Below, one piece after another: positions 1 to 14,365 of a stretch of DNA of 64,000 nucleotides. A program made the position numbers and the translations under genes. Source of the DNA: Octopus sinensis (taxonomy: Eukaryota); assembly GCF_006345805.1 (NCBI RefSeq), contig NC_043002.1, positions 83,452,001 through 83,516,000 on the forward strand, given 5' to 3'. The notes under the pieces were generated by a model. The model made no database searches. It was not told the origin of the DNA and saw only the letters and a program-made list of their open reading frames with translations. Numbering within the stretch: the first letter of the stretch is position 1; each line of letters begins with the position of its first letter.

Positions 1-234
1 TTCAATGGTTAACTGATTTTAGGTACAATTTCTACCAGATACTTACAAGCCTTTTAATTCTTGTTGGTTTGTAAAATATCTAAAGTATGATACATTAGTA
101 TGCCAACATGATTCACACCAACACTAGTCTCCTAGAATCCAAGGGTTTATCGCTTATATAAATTATCTGATTATAAGTATGACTGGATTACATATGCAAA
201 CACTAAATTGAATTTGTAGCAGGCAACCAAATAT

Positions 235-332
<98 letters not shown>

Positions 333-1274
333 CCCCTTGGCCACAAATAATGTTGGCTATCAAACAGACCAATACAGGCAATAACAGTTTTTAAACACTT
401 ATCGTCGCTATTATTTATTTTAACAGAATTTTGAAACCAAAGTGTTTCACTCACTGATGTGGAGCCTGTACAAACATATTTTGTTTACTAAAAATAACAG
501 TCAAACCTCTCTCAAATTATATTCTCTTACATAAATGCAAGGTACATAAGCTAATCTAATCTAACATTCCTCTAAAAAGACGAGATGGTCATAGTTTGAA
601 AACATTTGGTCATAAGTCTGCTTGGATAGCCCAGGGTAGCCCAGGAGTTAAACTATGAAGCCTCTACATAGTTGCTAGGCCTATGAGAAATGGCAACCAA
701 AATCATACCTGACTGTCTTAAAAAAATGAAGGACACAATAAGTGTTGTCCTAAATTTCACCAGTCTACTCAGCTGAAAATGTATTCCAGCCAAGTGCTGG
801 TGCTGCTCTCTCTTCTTCCAGTTGTCACATGATGTTTTACTGGATCAAAAGTAGGAGAGCTAAGTGGGTATCTGTATCTGCTTGTAAGGACATAGACACC
901 TAAAACAACTTGGTACAAGCTACAGTGTCATACTTGCTTGCATGTGACAGCTAAGCTTGGCACCTTGGGCAAGTATCTTCTACTATAAGCTCCTGGCCAA
1001 CTAAAGCTTTGTGAATATATTTGGTAGACAGAAACTTTGCTCTGTGTGGGTGTGAGTGAGGCTATGTTTGTGTATCTTGTCTTGACATCACATGATAGTC
1101 ATGAAATGATAGTCACTGTCATATCAGTGTAATGTCTGGCCATGGGGAAATATTACCTTGCATAGAAACAGGTGAGGATTGACAACAGGAAGGACATCTG
1201 TCTGTTGAAAATCTCTGCCTCAATAAACTCTGTCTGGTCCATGCAAGCTTGGAAAGGAGGATATTAAGATGCTG

Positions 1275-1353
<79 letters not shown>

Positions 1354-2000
1354 AGAGAGCAGTCACCATATTTCATTCCATAACGTCTACCTCTGATGAG
1401 CGCAGGGTTACATAATCGGATTACTGCCTAACACTCTGTTGAATCCCTAGCAAAAAGCTGATTGATAAGATCGACCATAAAGGATGTATAATATTGTACA
1501 CTTCAATTAATATACCTACTCTATTGGAAAATATATGAGTGAATTTTTTTCCTGACTTATGGACTCTTAGATCATACACACACACACACACACACACATT
1601 ATATGATGGCTTTGTCACAGAAGGAAAAGACTGTACATGAGTCTTTTCAAGGTCTCTGAGATCAGTTGTAATAAGGGAGGGATTTATCCTTATGCAAGAA
1701 ACCTATACTGAATGTTTGCAGTAGTTGACTCTGATGAAGGCATCCAGGGGCCAAATGGAATAAGTTTGCCAGTGAAGAATAGGAATTGTCTCTTTGAGGA
1801 TTCACGTGGTTTTTGTCCACCAAGGTTTCTCTCATTTGATTTTTGTTGTCAAGAAACTATGGTAGATGACATTTATTTATCCCAAGTTCCACATAGTGGT
1901 ATTGAACCTGAAGCCACATCATTGTGAAGTGAATTCCTTTACCACACAGCCATACCTGTTCCTATATTACTTTTTCAGTTGTCTTCTTTCTTTTAGCATA

Positions 2001-2415
2001 GGTGCAGACATGGCTGTGTGGTAAAAAGCTTGCTTTCCTATCACATATGGTTTTGGGTTCAGTCCCAATGCGTGGCATCTTAGGCAAGTGTTTTCTACTA
2101 TAGCCTTGGGCTGATCAAAGCCTTGTGAGTGGATTTGGTAGGCAGAAACTGAAAGAAGCCTCTTTTGTGTGTGTGTGTGTGTGTGTCTTTGCGTGTAAGT
2201 GTTTGTCTGCTGCCACTGCTTGACAACCAGTGTTGGTGTGTTTATGTTCCTGTAGCTTCGGCAAAGAGACTAATAGAATAAGTTCCGGGCTTTAAAAAGG
2301 TAAAAAAAAAAAAAAAAGGACTAGGTTTGATTCATTTGACTAAAAACTTTTTCAAGGTGGTGCTCCAGCATGGCTGCAGTCTAATAACTGAAACAAGGAA
2401 AAGATAAAAAGACAA
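2001..2415 (+). mobile_element. tRNA-derived SINE, family A
   Basis: A-box-like TGGCTGTGTGG, B-box-like GGTTCAGTCCC, CCTTGGGCAAG core-like segment, central TG/TA microsatellite, AAAAGA-type tail. More than 15 copies in the window. Confidence 0.85.
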
Positions 2416-2784
2416 AGATTTTGTTTAAGGCAGAGAAACATACTTATCTGTGAGGATAGTCTGAAATAGGAATAGTGAAATATGAATAAGGGTAGTGGGA
2501 ATATAGGGAATGATGACGGAAAGAAGTTTCACATTAAAATGATTCATGAAATTAATGGCGGCATTTAAAAGAGACAGGAGTGTGTTACTTAGAAGTAGAA
2601 AAAAGACAGCAGTAGGTAGTTTCAGATAGAAATGGGGCTCAGTTTGGAAGAACCGTGTTAATTTTCTTACATGTAATCTATGTATACGATTTCACTTTTA
2701 ATACTGTCATTTATACCGAAAATATTTTCCTGATCTTCGACATACATACATACACATATGTACATACATACACATACACATATG

Positions 2785-2817
<33 letters not shown>

Positions 2818-3179
2818 GTGCGCATACACACAGACACACACACACACACACATGCATGTGTAGACTAATTCTAATTTGTTGAAGCAGTATCTTTTAATAG
2901 CACCCTCTCTACCTGCAATCATGGAGATATCTCCTCCATAAATTAACTTTGTACTTCACCCATAACCTACATCATACAGACAGCCTCCAACTAACACTGG
3001 TAACCCATTTTTATTTGGTTAATATATTTAATACCTCATAACTTTCTTGCTTTTTTTTTTTAATCCATAGGCGAGAATGAGGTACTATATTAGGCTGTAG
3101 AACCTAACAGTGTGAAAATATGCCTGGCTGTCTCCAGCAAAGGGTGATAAACTCACTTGATAACTAATTTCTCTTGGCC

Positions 3180-3540
3180 TCATCATCATCATCATCATCA
3201 TCTTTGTTTAGCATCCACTTTCCATGCTAGCATGGGGTGGACGGTTCGACTGGGGTCTGGGAAGCCAGAAGGCTGCACCAGGCCCAGTCTGATCTGGCAA
3301 TGTTTCTACAGCTGGATGCCCTTCCTAACGCCAACCACTCCGTGAGTGTAGTGGGTGCTTTTTACGTGCCACCGGCACAGGTGCCAGACGAGGCTGGCAA
3401 ACGGCCACAATCAGATGGTGCTCTTTACGTGCCACCGGTACGGGGCCAGTCGGGGCAGCGCTGGCAATGGCCACGTTTGGATGGCTCTCTTACGTACCAC
3501 CGGCACTGGTATCACAGCTGCAATTTCCATTGATGTTGAT
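3180..3540 (-). mobile_element. RTE-type 3'-UTR element, family E ((GAT)n tail, about 62-66-bp internal subrepeats)
   Basis: GTGGTTGGCGTTAGGAAGGGCATCCAGCTGTAGAAAC core, 3 subrepeats. Confidence 0.85.
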
Positions 3541-3865
3541 CGATTTCGATTGGCCTATGTCATGAAAATAGCTTCATACCCAATTGCAATGTAGGTTCCT
3601 TTCTTTACATATATAATGGAGTCAACTGTTATCCTGCTGTGCTTTAGGACACCATACTATGTGTGTGTAAGCCGTTTAGAGTGACAGTGCTTCTGAATAA
3701 GTACATTCAGCTGTAAAATAGTGTTAGTAGAGGAGACACAGACTCCATGAGACTCAATGCAAGCAACTTGTTTAGGTGGATAGTAATTTCAAATGAGAAT
3801 TAATAATAGGTAAAGAAATACTCTTCAGTTCACTTGGAAGGGATAATCTCTTTTAGTACAATTAA

Positions 3866-4071
3866 CCCTTTAGTGTGTGCATTATTTTACCAAAATTAAT
3901 CCTTTTTCATCCACTTTGTTTTGAACTATTCATGCATTATCTTTGATGAGGTAACTGTTAACTTTTAAAATGATATTGTAGGGTTGGTGTGAGAGACCTG
4001 ATCTGGCCAGTTTGAACATAAAACAGGCAGAATACTTTTGGCCGGATATGACCGGTTTAAATGATAAAGGG
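3866..4071. mobile_element. piggyBac-type MITE (family 1)
   Basis: TTAA-CCCTTTA...TAAAGGG-TTAA. The internal sequence is shared with copies at 28264, 30219, 49250 and 63305. Confidence 0.8.
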
Positions 4072-5559
4072 TTAAATGAATCCATGAAACTCTCTAGAGG
4101 GGTTGGTCATGGAAAGTTATCTAACTGTGGAAACCTTACCATTAGAAAATCATAATGTGTAAGACATTGACTCCACAAGCTGCATTGCTGGCTACTTGTC
4201 TTGGAGGGAAGAAATAACTCTGAATAAGGACTGATGCAGAGTTCTGTTTAGTTCTCCTGTATGGGGCAGCCTTTCTTCTGTCAGTTGCATAAAACACATC
4301 TAGTTAACACTACAAAACATACATTAAAGCAAAGTCAGTCAGTTTCCATTGTTGCTGAGTGTGAAAGATAACTCAGATGCAAACAGTTGAAATGGCCTGT
4401 CCAACATATGTCAGTGTGGTAAAACAGGCATAAAACAATGATAGTGAGAGTAGTGGTGGCAACAACTTTATTAACTAAAAAAAAATATATATATATTTTT
4501 TCAGACATGTATGTTGTGCATGCCTGAAATAATTTATTATATATATAAAAAAATAAATAAATAAAAATATATAAAAAAAACAACTTCTAGATGTTTTGTT
4601 TCATATTAAACAGAACTTCCTAAGTTTTTTTTCATCTTTTCTTTATTTACTCATGTGACAATAAACATTTATTATAAGCTATTCAGTTTAGTAATTACCT
4701 AATAGATACTTAAGACTTTAAGGTACTGATGTGACTGACCTATGTATGTTCAGTGTTCTGTCTTACATTACATAAAGCCTATGTAATGTGTCAGCTTTCT
4801 TGGTATACAATTTCCTTAATATTAATTGCCACCATTTTTACAATAGATTGCTAAATTCTCTACCTGCACTTCTTTTTATCATGTGTATAATTTTTTTTTT
4901 CCTTCCTTTCTGGGGATTTGTGAAAGCTGTAACTATTAATTAATGCTTCGCTCATCTGAATGTGTTCACTGTCAGCAACTTATTATTTCAGATTTTTCTA
5001 TATTTAGTGAATTCTAGCACTGAACTGTGTTAAAAATAAATAAATAAAACATGTCAAGATCATGATGTGCGCAGAATAAATTCACTCACTATTCATGAAC
5101 ATAAATGAAAAGGCAGGGAAATCCAAATAATCAGTTTGATATGATCTTGTTTTTGAACTTAACTTATCCAGACTCAATTTTTATAGTTTTTAAACAAAAA
5201 AACAAAACATTTTTGAAGTGATCAGTTGCTTCTTATTCCTGTTTGCTGCACTTTCAGAATTTTTTCCCTCAAATTTTTAAAAGTAGAGGAGGTATACTGT
5301 TATTATTTATGCATATGTGAATACTAACTCCCGTCTCAGTAGCCTAGTGACCTCTGATCTTATAAGAGTTAAGCCAGACTCTGAGAAAATTTGGAGAAAG
5401 GAAGCATGGAAATTTGAAGATCCTTTAGCAATACATAAGTCTTTAAAATGCTTTAAAAAGAAACAGAGGTATCAAACATGAACCAAATTATGAACTACAG
5501 AGGTATCAAACGTGAACCAAATTATGAAAATAACTGCAGTTACAGCACGTGATTGGGAA

Positions 5560-5900
5560 GAGAGTTTACTTTGATGAAATGCTACTCAAGTTTGTACCAG
5601 GAGCACAGATGTCCTGTTCCTAGTGAGGTAACTGGATTAGCAGCTCAGTGTATGATGTTTGTGTATGAAGTGCAATGTTGCATTGTAGCATAATGCAAAT
5701 ATTGAATGCACAAGATGCATGAAAGCTGGAAAGAAGTGAATCAAGTATGCTCTACGGGATGCGTAATATTATATTAATCTGAGTAAAATGAACTGAGAGG
5801 AAAAACTGAGTATAAGAGAAATTGGATATATCTCGGAAGAGAGAAGATTTGAGCTGTTGTGGATATGTGAGACTGACAAATGGAGGCTGATTGTGGGTAA
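5560..5900 (+). mobile_element. Degenerate RTE-clade LINE ORF2 3' fragment
   Basis: KLERSESSMLYGM...EEKLSIREIG...ERRFELLW resembles the RTE post-RT region (RLER-E-SMLRWM...RLRWFGH). Followed by an RTE-type 3' UTR remnant. Confidence 0.5.
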
Positions 5901-7831
5901 AGAGCCTAGTGATCCAAATGGACCACATCATTATGATTTAACATCTATGTTCGATGTTGGCATGGATTGGGATGGTTTAATAGGACCTGATGGATCTAAA
6001 GACTCCATTGTACTCCAGTGTCTCCTTTGGCACCGTTTCTATGACTGGATGCCCTTTCTAACACCATAATGTTATAATCTATTTTCTTTAAATGATTTCT
6101 GACAGTTCCTCTTCTGAATTGTTCTATAGTTTATATCATAGATAAGCCTGTCTGTAATGGACAAATTTGTTTTGTCTTTTACAAATCATAGAATTCCCTT
6201 AAATACTGCTGCAGTCTTCTTGATAGTTTACCATATTTTAGGACTGATAGTTGTTTGTAAACAGTATAGTTCTGTCACATTAAGTAAAACACACAGAGAA
6301 TATAGATATTGTTAGCGATTTTTTTCTTCCAAGAAAAGAAAATTTGGAAACATTAATTTCTCTGTTAATCATTCAGTTATGTTGAAAGTGCTTTTTTTTT
6401 TGTTTGTTTTTCCTTCGTCTATGTCAAAATTAAATGTCAAAACTATTTCGTTCAGTTTGATATCAAGCCTTCACCTTTATTATTTTACGTAAGCGAAATA
6501 GGTTTTAGCTTTCGTCTACTCTGAGCTTCTATGTTAGTTACTCGACTAGCTAGAAATAGGAGCCAAACTTACTTCAGATCCTATCTTACTGTTTTGGAAA
6601 AGGAGAGGATGTATGTATTTGATCAGTGTTTCACATAGGAGCTCTGTGAGTAATGAAAAGGAGATTCAGGTTGCCATATTTAATAAAATTAAGGTAGCTT
6701 TAAGCTTTTTTAAAACGGAACAACATTAATGAAGAAAGAAGAATAGTATAGATGCAAACTCTATTTCGACTTCTCATTAATAAAGAGGTGGGTGGGGGAG
6801 TCAAAAATCTTTGCAGATATTATTTTTTGAGATAGTGAAAGCTGATATTTACCAGTCTGAGAACCACTGAGCTAGATAATATTATTTTACACACCCTTAA
6901 AAAACAGGATCATCATGGTTGGAATGCCTTTGATCAGAATACTATTCAGTCAGATCTGATCTTAGGCTAAACAATATGTACTGTGGATATGACAAAACAC
7001 TGATTAGTGTTGAATACAATATTAGGTTAGATTACATATTAAGTAACAGTTAATTAAAAAGTTAATTGTCAGTGTTTGTACCCCAATTGTTTAAATTTTT
7101 TTCTTCATTGTGTGGATAAATAAATCAGTATATGAATGGTTGAATGGTTAAGGAGCTCAGTTTGCAATCATGAAGTTTTGGGTTCAATCCCAGTGTATTA
7201 TATCTTTGATAAATGTCTCACCATTGTCTTGGGTTGACTTGAGTTTTGTGCATAAAATTGGACAGATGGAACTGTGCAAAAGCCTGTCGGATGGATTGTA
7301 TCTGTAATTCAATATGAAACACTGATTATATTAATGTATATGTTTCCATGAAATACTCAGCCACTTAGATGCTAATCCAGTAGATCAAACAGCTGAATCC
7401 ACATTACTGAATAACACAGGTCCATATACATTTTATATGAATATTGGATTCAAATTTTAGCACTAGGCCAGAAATTTCATGGGCTGGGGTACTTGGATTA
7501 TGTCAACCCTTGCACTTGACTGATAACTATTTTATTGAATCCAAAAGGATGAAAGGCAAGGTTGACTGTGACAGAATTTGAACTCTGAATGTAAGGACAA
7601 GTGAAATGGCACTAAGCATATTTTCCCAGTGTGCTAACAATTCTGCCAACACACCATCTTACTTTACACAAATATTAAACGTGTAGAAATATAAATCATT
7701 ATATATAAGCGTGCACACACACACACACACACACACACACAGCTATTCATTTTGTCTTTAGCTGGCTTCAGTCATTAGCTTACAGCTATGCTGAGGCACT
7801 ATTTTAATGGGTCTAATAATTTACTATTACA

Positions 7832-8048
7832 TATTCTCTTTACTCTTTTACTTGTTTCAGTCATTTGACTGCGGCCATGCTGGAGCACCGCCTTTAGTCG
7901 AGTAAATCGACCCCAGGACTTATTCTTTGTAAGCCTAGTACTTATTCTATCGGTCTCTTTTGCCGAACTGCTAAGTTACGGGGACATTAACACACCAGCA
8001 TCGGTTGTCAAGCGATGTTGGGGGGGACAAAGACAGACACACAAACAT

Positions 8049-8080
<32 letters not shown>

Positions 8081-8246
8081 ATATATACGACGGGCTTCTT
8101 TCAGTTTCCATCTACTAAATCCACTCACAAGGCTTTGGTCAGCCTGAGACTATAGTGGAAGACACTTGCCCAAGGTGCCACGCAGTGGGACTGAACCTGG
8201 AACCATGTGGTTGGTAAGCAAGCTACTTACCACACAGCCATTCCTG
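7832..8246 (-). mobile_element. tRNA-derived SINE, family A
   Basis: Full-length reverse-complement copy. Confidence 0.9.
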
Positions 8247-8469
8247 ACATATGTCAGTAATTTTCAATGTACGTTTTTTTTTTTTTGCAAGTCATTTCCT
8301 TATAATGACTCTTTTATTGATACCCATTCATTCCCTTTTATGGATCATAACATCCAGTCTTGTATTTAATTCTGATTGCCATGATTTTAGGTTTAAAACT
8401 TTTTATTATGTTCCTTTCCTGTTTACTTCTGCTAACACCCTACCCGACACACACATAGAGGCATGTACA

Positions 8470-8501
<32 letters not shown>

Positions 8502-8917
8502 TTCAAATGTATATATGTGTGTGTTGTCAAAATGTATGACATTGAATCTAGGCCAGCATAAAAGTAGTGGGGATGGGAAGTCAGTCATGAGGTTCGTGAT
8601 AATGATGATATATCTTAAGAGAGATCTTCCCACAAGCTTATTTAGGGATATAGTATGAAGTAAAGATATTATAGTGTAAAGAGGATGAAGCAGTAACTTC
8701 TATTGTGTAAAATGAAAACAACTGACGTTCTTTGAAAACTATGTTATCTACAGTTTCTGTATGGTTATCTTAAAATCTGTGTTGAAGTTATTTCACATGT
8801 AGGCATCCTGCAAGTACATGAGGGCATACAAGTTTGATAGCAAGATGAGATGAATAAATTAAAAGCAGATTGAGTGTGAGTCGTTAGTTTCTTGTATAGC
8901 ATTAGATCCTACTAAGC

Positions 8918-9151
8918 CTAATGAGGGCTGCTTAGATTAGAGAGGTAGAAGATGGGTGAGGCTAGCAAACAGTTAATAGTTTGATATTTTAATTGATAAT
9001 GATTAGTAATTGAATTGGGATATACAGATAGGGAATTCCAGGAGGGAAGGAAGAAAAAGTTATGGTTGTTGTAATTGCTGGGTTTAGGGAGAATGAGGTG
9101 GAAATTTTGATGTTGGTAAGTACTTTGAATGTTGAGTGTATTATGATTCAT
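8918..9151 (-). mobile_element. Possible L2/CR1-group LINE 3' remnant
   Basis: FFFLPSWNSLSVYPNS loosely resembles the FF....WNSLP..VFP C-terminal motif. Confidence 0.25.
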
Positions 9152-11404
9152 TTGTTTGCTTTTACATCTATTTTACAATGATCGCATGGGTTGGATGAAT
9201 ACCTATTATTGAGGTAATGTTTTATAATTGGATGCCCTTTTTGCCGTTAGTCTTTACCTGTGTTACAAATAAGGGATTTTATTATTCCATTCATCTTTAA
9301 GCACACTGCTAGAAGTGTTTTTTTTTTTTTGTTTTGGCAGGGAATGGCAACATACATCTGATTTTTATTTAGATCAATGCTGTCATGAGACATGTACAAT
9401 CTAAACACTCACACACAAGCACGTGCATGCACACACACACACATGCCCTAGGTGTTGTGCAGTGACGTAGAACTGAAGACCAAGCAAAAAATGGAAGACA
9501 AAGTATGTCTCAGTAATAGAACCAGTGATTATATCGAGCCTATTTATTTAAAAAGTTACTACCTTTTATAAACAGGGTTCCTCTATGTATCTATAACTAT
9601 ATTTTTCTTGGTTTTTATTTTTATAGTTTAGTCAGAGACAGAAGGATAGTGAATGATCCGTTTCAAGGCCTGTGTAACAAAGTAGTGGAGAGAGAGGAAG
9701 TTTCCTTGTTAGACCAATTTATTCTAAATTTAAAATAATTGGATCACTCTACTCTGCAAATTTCAAAATGGCTTGATTTTAAAAACACTGGTTGACGTTT
9801 GTAAGAAATGAAACTTTACAGGGTATCTAAAACAAGATTTGTAGTGTATCAGATACCATACGGGAAGCTAGGTTAGCTCTCGCATATTTACTGACAACAG
9901 ATTAGAGCAAGAAGAGAAAGAGCAACTATTCTATAAACCTATACATTTCATGAAGACAGAACAACCCTTCTACAAAGTACTTGAGGCCCTTCAGTAGAAA
10001 CACAACAAAGAGATCACTGCAGCAAATATCATTGCAAATCATGTTTTAACTCCAGTCCATTACAAATTGTTGTGTATTCTACTTTGACAAGACTCAACAC
10101 ATAGTCTCAGTAGACTTGGTTCCAAAAACATGACTACAATCAAAGCATAAAAAAAAAACAATAACAATATATTGAAATAATATTATATTAATAATACTAT
10201 TCTATACTGAAAAACAAATATAATAAATAATTCTTTTTGGATTTGGGATTGTTGGGTGGGGATTGTTTGTAGAGTGATTCAACTTCATTTCCTTGTCTCC
10301 AGTTCTAGCTTAATCTCTTGAATCATACAACTTCTGTCCAAAAACCTTGGCTACAGGATTTGAATTAATGATTCAGTTATCTGATTCAAAATATTTGTGA
10401 GTCTCTATATAGTATGTAGGAATGTGTGCATGTGTATGTTTATTTTTTTTTTCTTTTGCTGTGTAATGTAAATATTTATCTGGAGTGTTATTTAGTTCTA
10501 TTAGACTGACACCTGACCAACAAAATAGTTAATGTTTCAAATCTGAGAGCTCAAGGACTATTTTATTATTATTTTTGAATTTTTCCCAATTTTATACATT
10601 TTTTCACAATGACATTTTTTGATAATTTACATATATGTTGCAGGACCAAATAATTTACTGTTGGAGAATGCCATTCCCACAGCTAACCACTCCACTGGAT
10701 TGTGCTCATGTCTGTGCAGTCTAGTTCAGCTGTTATAATCCTTGTAACTATATGGTTACATATTTACAAACACTTAAATTGCATTAACAACACACCATAT
10801 CAGCATTGCTACCCCATTTCTTTCCAATCTACTGTAAGCAAACAAATCCTACAGGTAACTAAAATACCTTCTTTGATGCCAATTGTCACACTAAACCCAA
10901 ATTTAGTGCTGGACTGCCAACCACCTTGTTAATTCTAAGGTATTAAGTTTATCCCTTGTTAACTGAGACCATCTCAGTTGTCTTCATTGCAGTCACCACT
11001 ATTTAAAAGACAGTAAAACATACCTTAACTATTGATCTGCATGTAAATCAGCCTGCCCTTTACAAACATTACATATTGGAGGTGGGGATGGGGTGAAAGT
11101 GAATTCATGGATCACCACCTAAATAATTGACTGCCTTCAAGAAGTAGGTTTTATCAAAATTTGAAATAGCTGAAACTAATCAAAAGCAAACATGAAATAA
11201 AGGTCATATCTTATCCATACAGCCATTTTCACCATCCAGGAGAGTTGGGGGTAGAGACCTCAGGCACCACCTTCATAGGATCCTATCAGAAGTAACCATC
11301 ATTACCATTCCCAAGTGGAACCAATTGAGACTATAAAAAAACAAATAAGTTATCTTCTTGATGTCTTACAAGTTATCCCACTTACAAGGGCTGGTTTGTC
11401 GGTT

Positions 11405-11446
<42 letters not shown>

Positions 11447-11448
11447 GT

Positions 11449-11753
11449 GGAGGCGCAATGGCCTATTGGTTAGGGCAGCGGACTCGCGGTCGCAGGATCA
11501 CGATTTCGATTCCCAGACCGGGCGTTGTGAGTGTTTATTGAGCGAAAACACCTAAAAGCTCCACGAGGCTCCGGTAGGGGGTGGTGATCCCTGCTGTACT
11601 CTTTCACCACTCTTTCTCTCACTCTTTCTTCTGTTGGCCTACTCGCTTAGCCAGCGGGGTGGCGTCATTCGAAGGCTAAAACAATGCGAACGCATTGTGA
11701 CCAGCGATGTGTAACAACATCTGATGGTCTGGTCGGTCATGTGATCACGTGAT
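11449..11753 (+). mobile_element. tRNA(Arg)-like SINE, family B
   Basis: GGAGGCGCAATGGCCTA..GGTTAG A-box, TTTCGATTCCC B-box, TCG in the anticodon-like loop, GTCACGTGAT-type tail, inserted in (TA)n. Second copy at 36613. Confidence 0.85.
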
Positions 11754-12787
11754 ATATATATATAATCTGCACCTGGATGGGACACCAGTCCATCGCAGCG
11801 TTACTCATTTTTGCCAGCTGAATGGACTGGAGCAATGTGAAATGAAGTGTTTTGCTTAAGAACACAATGCATCGCCCAGTCAAGGAATTGAAATCACAAA
11901 CATATGATCATGAGTCTAACACCCTAACCACCAAAGCCATGTACCTCCACTCACACAAATGAGATTATGGATATTATCCAACCATCTCACTCATTGTCTG
12001 TGCTTAGGTCCCCAGCTGGTTGGCTCATCTTGTGATTCTTTCCTGTGGCATTCTAACCACATGTCAGTAGTACTTGGGCTGTGATCTTTCATCATGGAAA
12101 AATTAGTGCCTTGACCTAGAGAAACTCCCTAATCTCTGAACAACACACCCTTTCAAGTAACGCTGCTTGAGAGCTCTTTTGGAAGAAACCCATTTCGGCT
12201 GCATGAGAGGTGAAGGTTGAGTAACACACATGGCTTAAGATGCGACATACGTTTGATGAAGTTGAAAAAGAAGAACTAGTTGAGCAATTTTCCTGTCACT
12301 GTTTTTATTTCAGTGATCTACTTGATTCTATTTTTAAATATTTTACTTTTTCATATAATCTGTTTTATCCACATCAGTAGAATATTGAGAAACTGAACTG
12401 AATGAAACCTATTAAAAATTATAAAATGTTGGTCATAGAATCATTACCACTAGACAGAAATTTTTTGCAAATTGTGCTGGTCTTTCAAAATGTTATCTAT
12501 TCTCACAAACAACAATCCCAGGATCCACAAATTCCTTCTTGTTTGGATGATTTGAGAAACACTATAAATATTTTATATAGAGATTAAATTATAATTATAA
12601 ATCTTCAAGTTTAAATATAACTTCATAATTCTGCTATTGTTGTTGATATTATTATTCTTTAGCCCTAGGCCATTCTTGATTGAAGATCCTATAATGAAAG
12701 ACATTCCTATCAATAGCATCACATTTTCTTTCACTTTTCTATTGAACATGCTGTGTCTAATATTGCTTCGTTTTTTTGTTTCTTTAA

Positions 12788-12990
12788 CCCTTTAAACCGG
12801 CTCTGGCTCCGAGTACAAATGTCATGCTTTCATAAGTTTTGAATTAAAATCTTCCACCAAACCTTAGTCACAATTTATGTTCCTAACACTAGCTTAATGA
12901 TAACTAAGTTATTTTACTAAATTCCTTGTTATATTTAAAATAATTGAGAGAAAAACAGAGCATCTCACAATAAATACAGTAACGAAAGGG
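12788..12990. mobile_element. piggyBac-type MITE (family 2)
   Basis: TTAA-CCCTTT...AAAGGG-TTAA. Internal sequence differs from family 1. Confidence 0.75.
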
Positions 12991-14328
12991 TTAAATGATA
13001 GGATATGATTTTGAGGGAAATTTTAACTGCTATTTTTATTATAGTGAGCAACTGTGTAAAAACTTCTTTGTTGGCTCATTACTTCCCTGTTGTTTGTATA
13101 CGACAGTATAAAAACTACTCAGGTTTACTGAATAAGATTAAGTTGTTCATATCATCGTTCTTTTATCATTGTATTGAATCCTAAATCAACAAAACTCTAT
13201 TTATCAACAAAACTCTTGCTGGAACTTATCAGCTGTCTGAAAATGAAGACTGCTTAAAGAAAATTCGACAACACTTCAGAATGTCTTTTTATCAGTTCCT
13301 CTATATCTAAAACGATGTCAAGCATACTGTTATCATCCCCTGTAGATCATATTCCTTTCTATGTTTGGTACTAGGCCAAAAATTTTGACAGGGGGGGGTG
13401 GATAAGCCAATTATATCAACCCTAGTACTACATTTCTTGACCTCAAAAATGATGAAAGGCAAAGTTGATCTCAGTGGAATTTGAGCTCAGAATGTAGAAT
13501 CGAGGAAATGTCACTATGCACGTTTAGTCCGACTCAGTTCTGCCAGTTGGCTGCCTTTCTTCTGTAAATCATAACAAGATCCAGAAAAGGGAATTGTGAA
13601 ATCTTTTTAATTTGAAATAGCTTGAACCCCTTAAAAAAAAACCCTCTCATTTTCTAATGTTCATATTTAGATATAAACTTTCTCTAATTTTCGAAATTAA
13701 TTTGATAGTATATATCATGAGCGATATCATCAGATTTTTATGATGTTGGAAGACTACTGCTGGTGTCTGGCTAGCGAAAATATTTGGCAGTAATCTCAAT
13801 ATGTTTTTGGATAATTGTCCTCAATATTAATATTATGGAAGAAAGCTATTTCTGATCTGCAATCTTTTTACTTCATCTTCCAGCAATTGCATCAAAATTA
13901 TATGTGTTAGTCAAGGTTAAATAGTTCTCTCTATCTGCTATGAAGTAAGAAACCACTGTTTTCTTTACATGCTCCATATAATATTTTCTTCAAATATACA
14001 CACTCCAATGTTTAATCTGTTCATTTGCCAACATATTTTCTACAAATTTTGTTCTCAATTCTTGCTGTTGATTGCTATCTGTCTATCTCAATGAATGGAA
14101 CTGGAGAGATAAGGCTTTATATAAATTAAATGAAAATATCTTACCTGAAACTGAATCTTTTAATATTTGTAATATTGCAATATAAGCCCAGGTATAGCTG
14201 CATCAATATGGAATTTGCTTCAGCTCATCTCACTGCATATCAACTTGAGCAAATGTCATCTATTGCAACCTTGGGCTGACTAATGCCTAGTGAGTGAAAA
14301 TGGTGGACAGAAAATGTATGAGAGCTTA

Positions 14329-14365
<37 letters not shown>

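Noticed and set aside
1393-1440. CTGATGAG followed by a GCAG/CTGC stem
   Set aside because: No GAAA box or valid cleavage triplet follows.
4764-4795. 10-bp perfect hairpin ACATTACATA/TATGTAATGT; also a 12-bp wobble stem near 10692-10723
   Set aside because: Too short for a pre-miRNA and within chance expectation for AT-rich DNA.
5463-5528. 34-bp tandem duplication
   Set aside because: A simple two-copy slippage duplication with no further structure.
11449-11525. tRNA-like sequences at SINE 5' ends
   Set aside because: They continue into SINE bodies and lack a proper acceptor stem, so they are not tRNA genes.
12240-12590. Coding-like stretch MRHTFDEVEKEELVEQF..FYFSDLLDSI
   Set aside because: Only vague resemblance to a decayed hAT transposase, with stops and no supporting termini.
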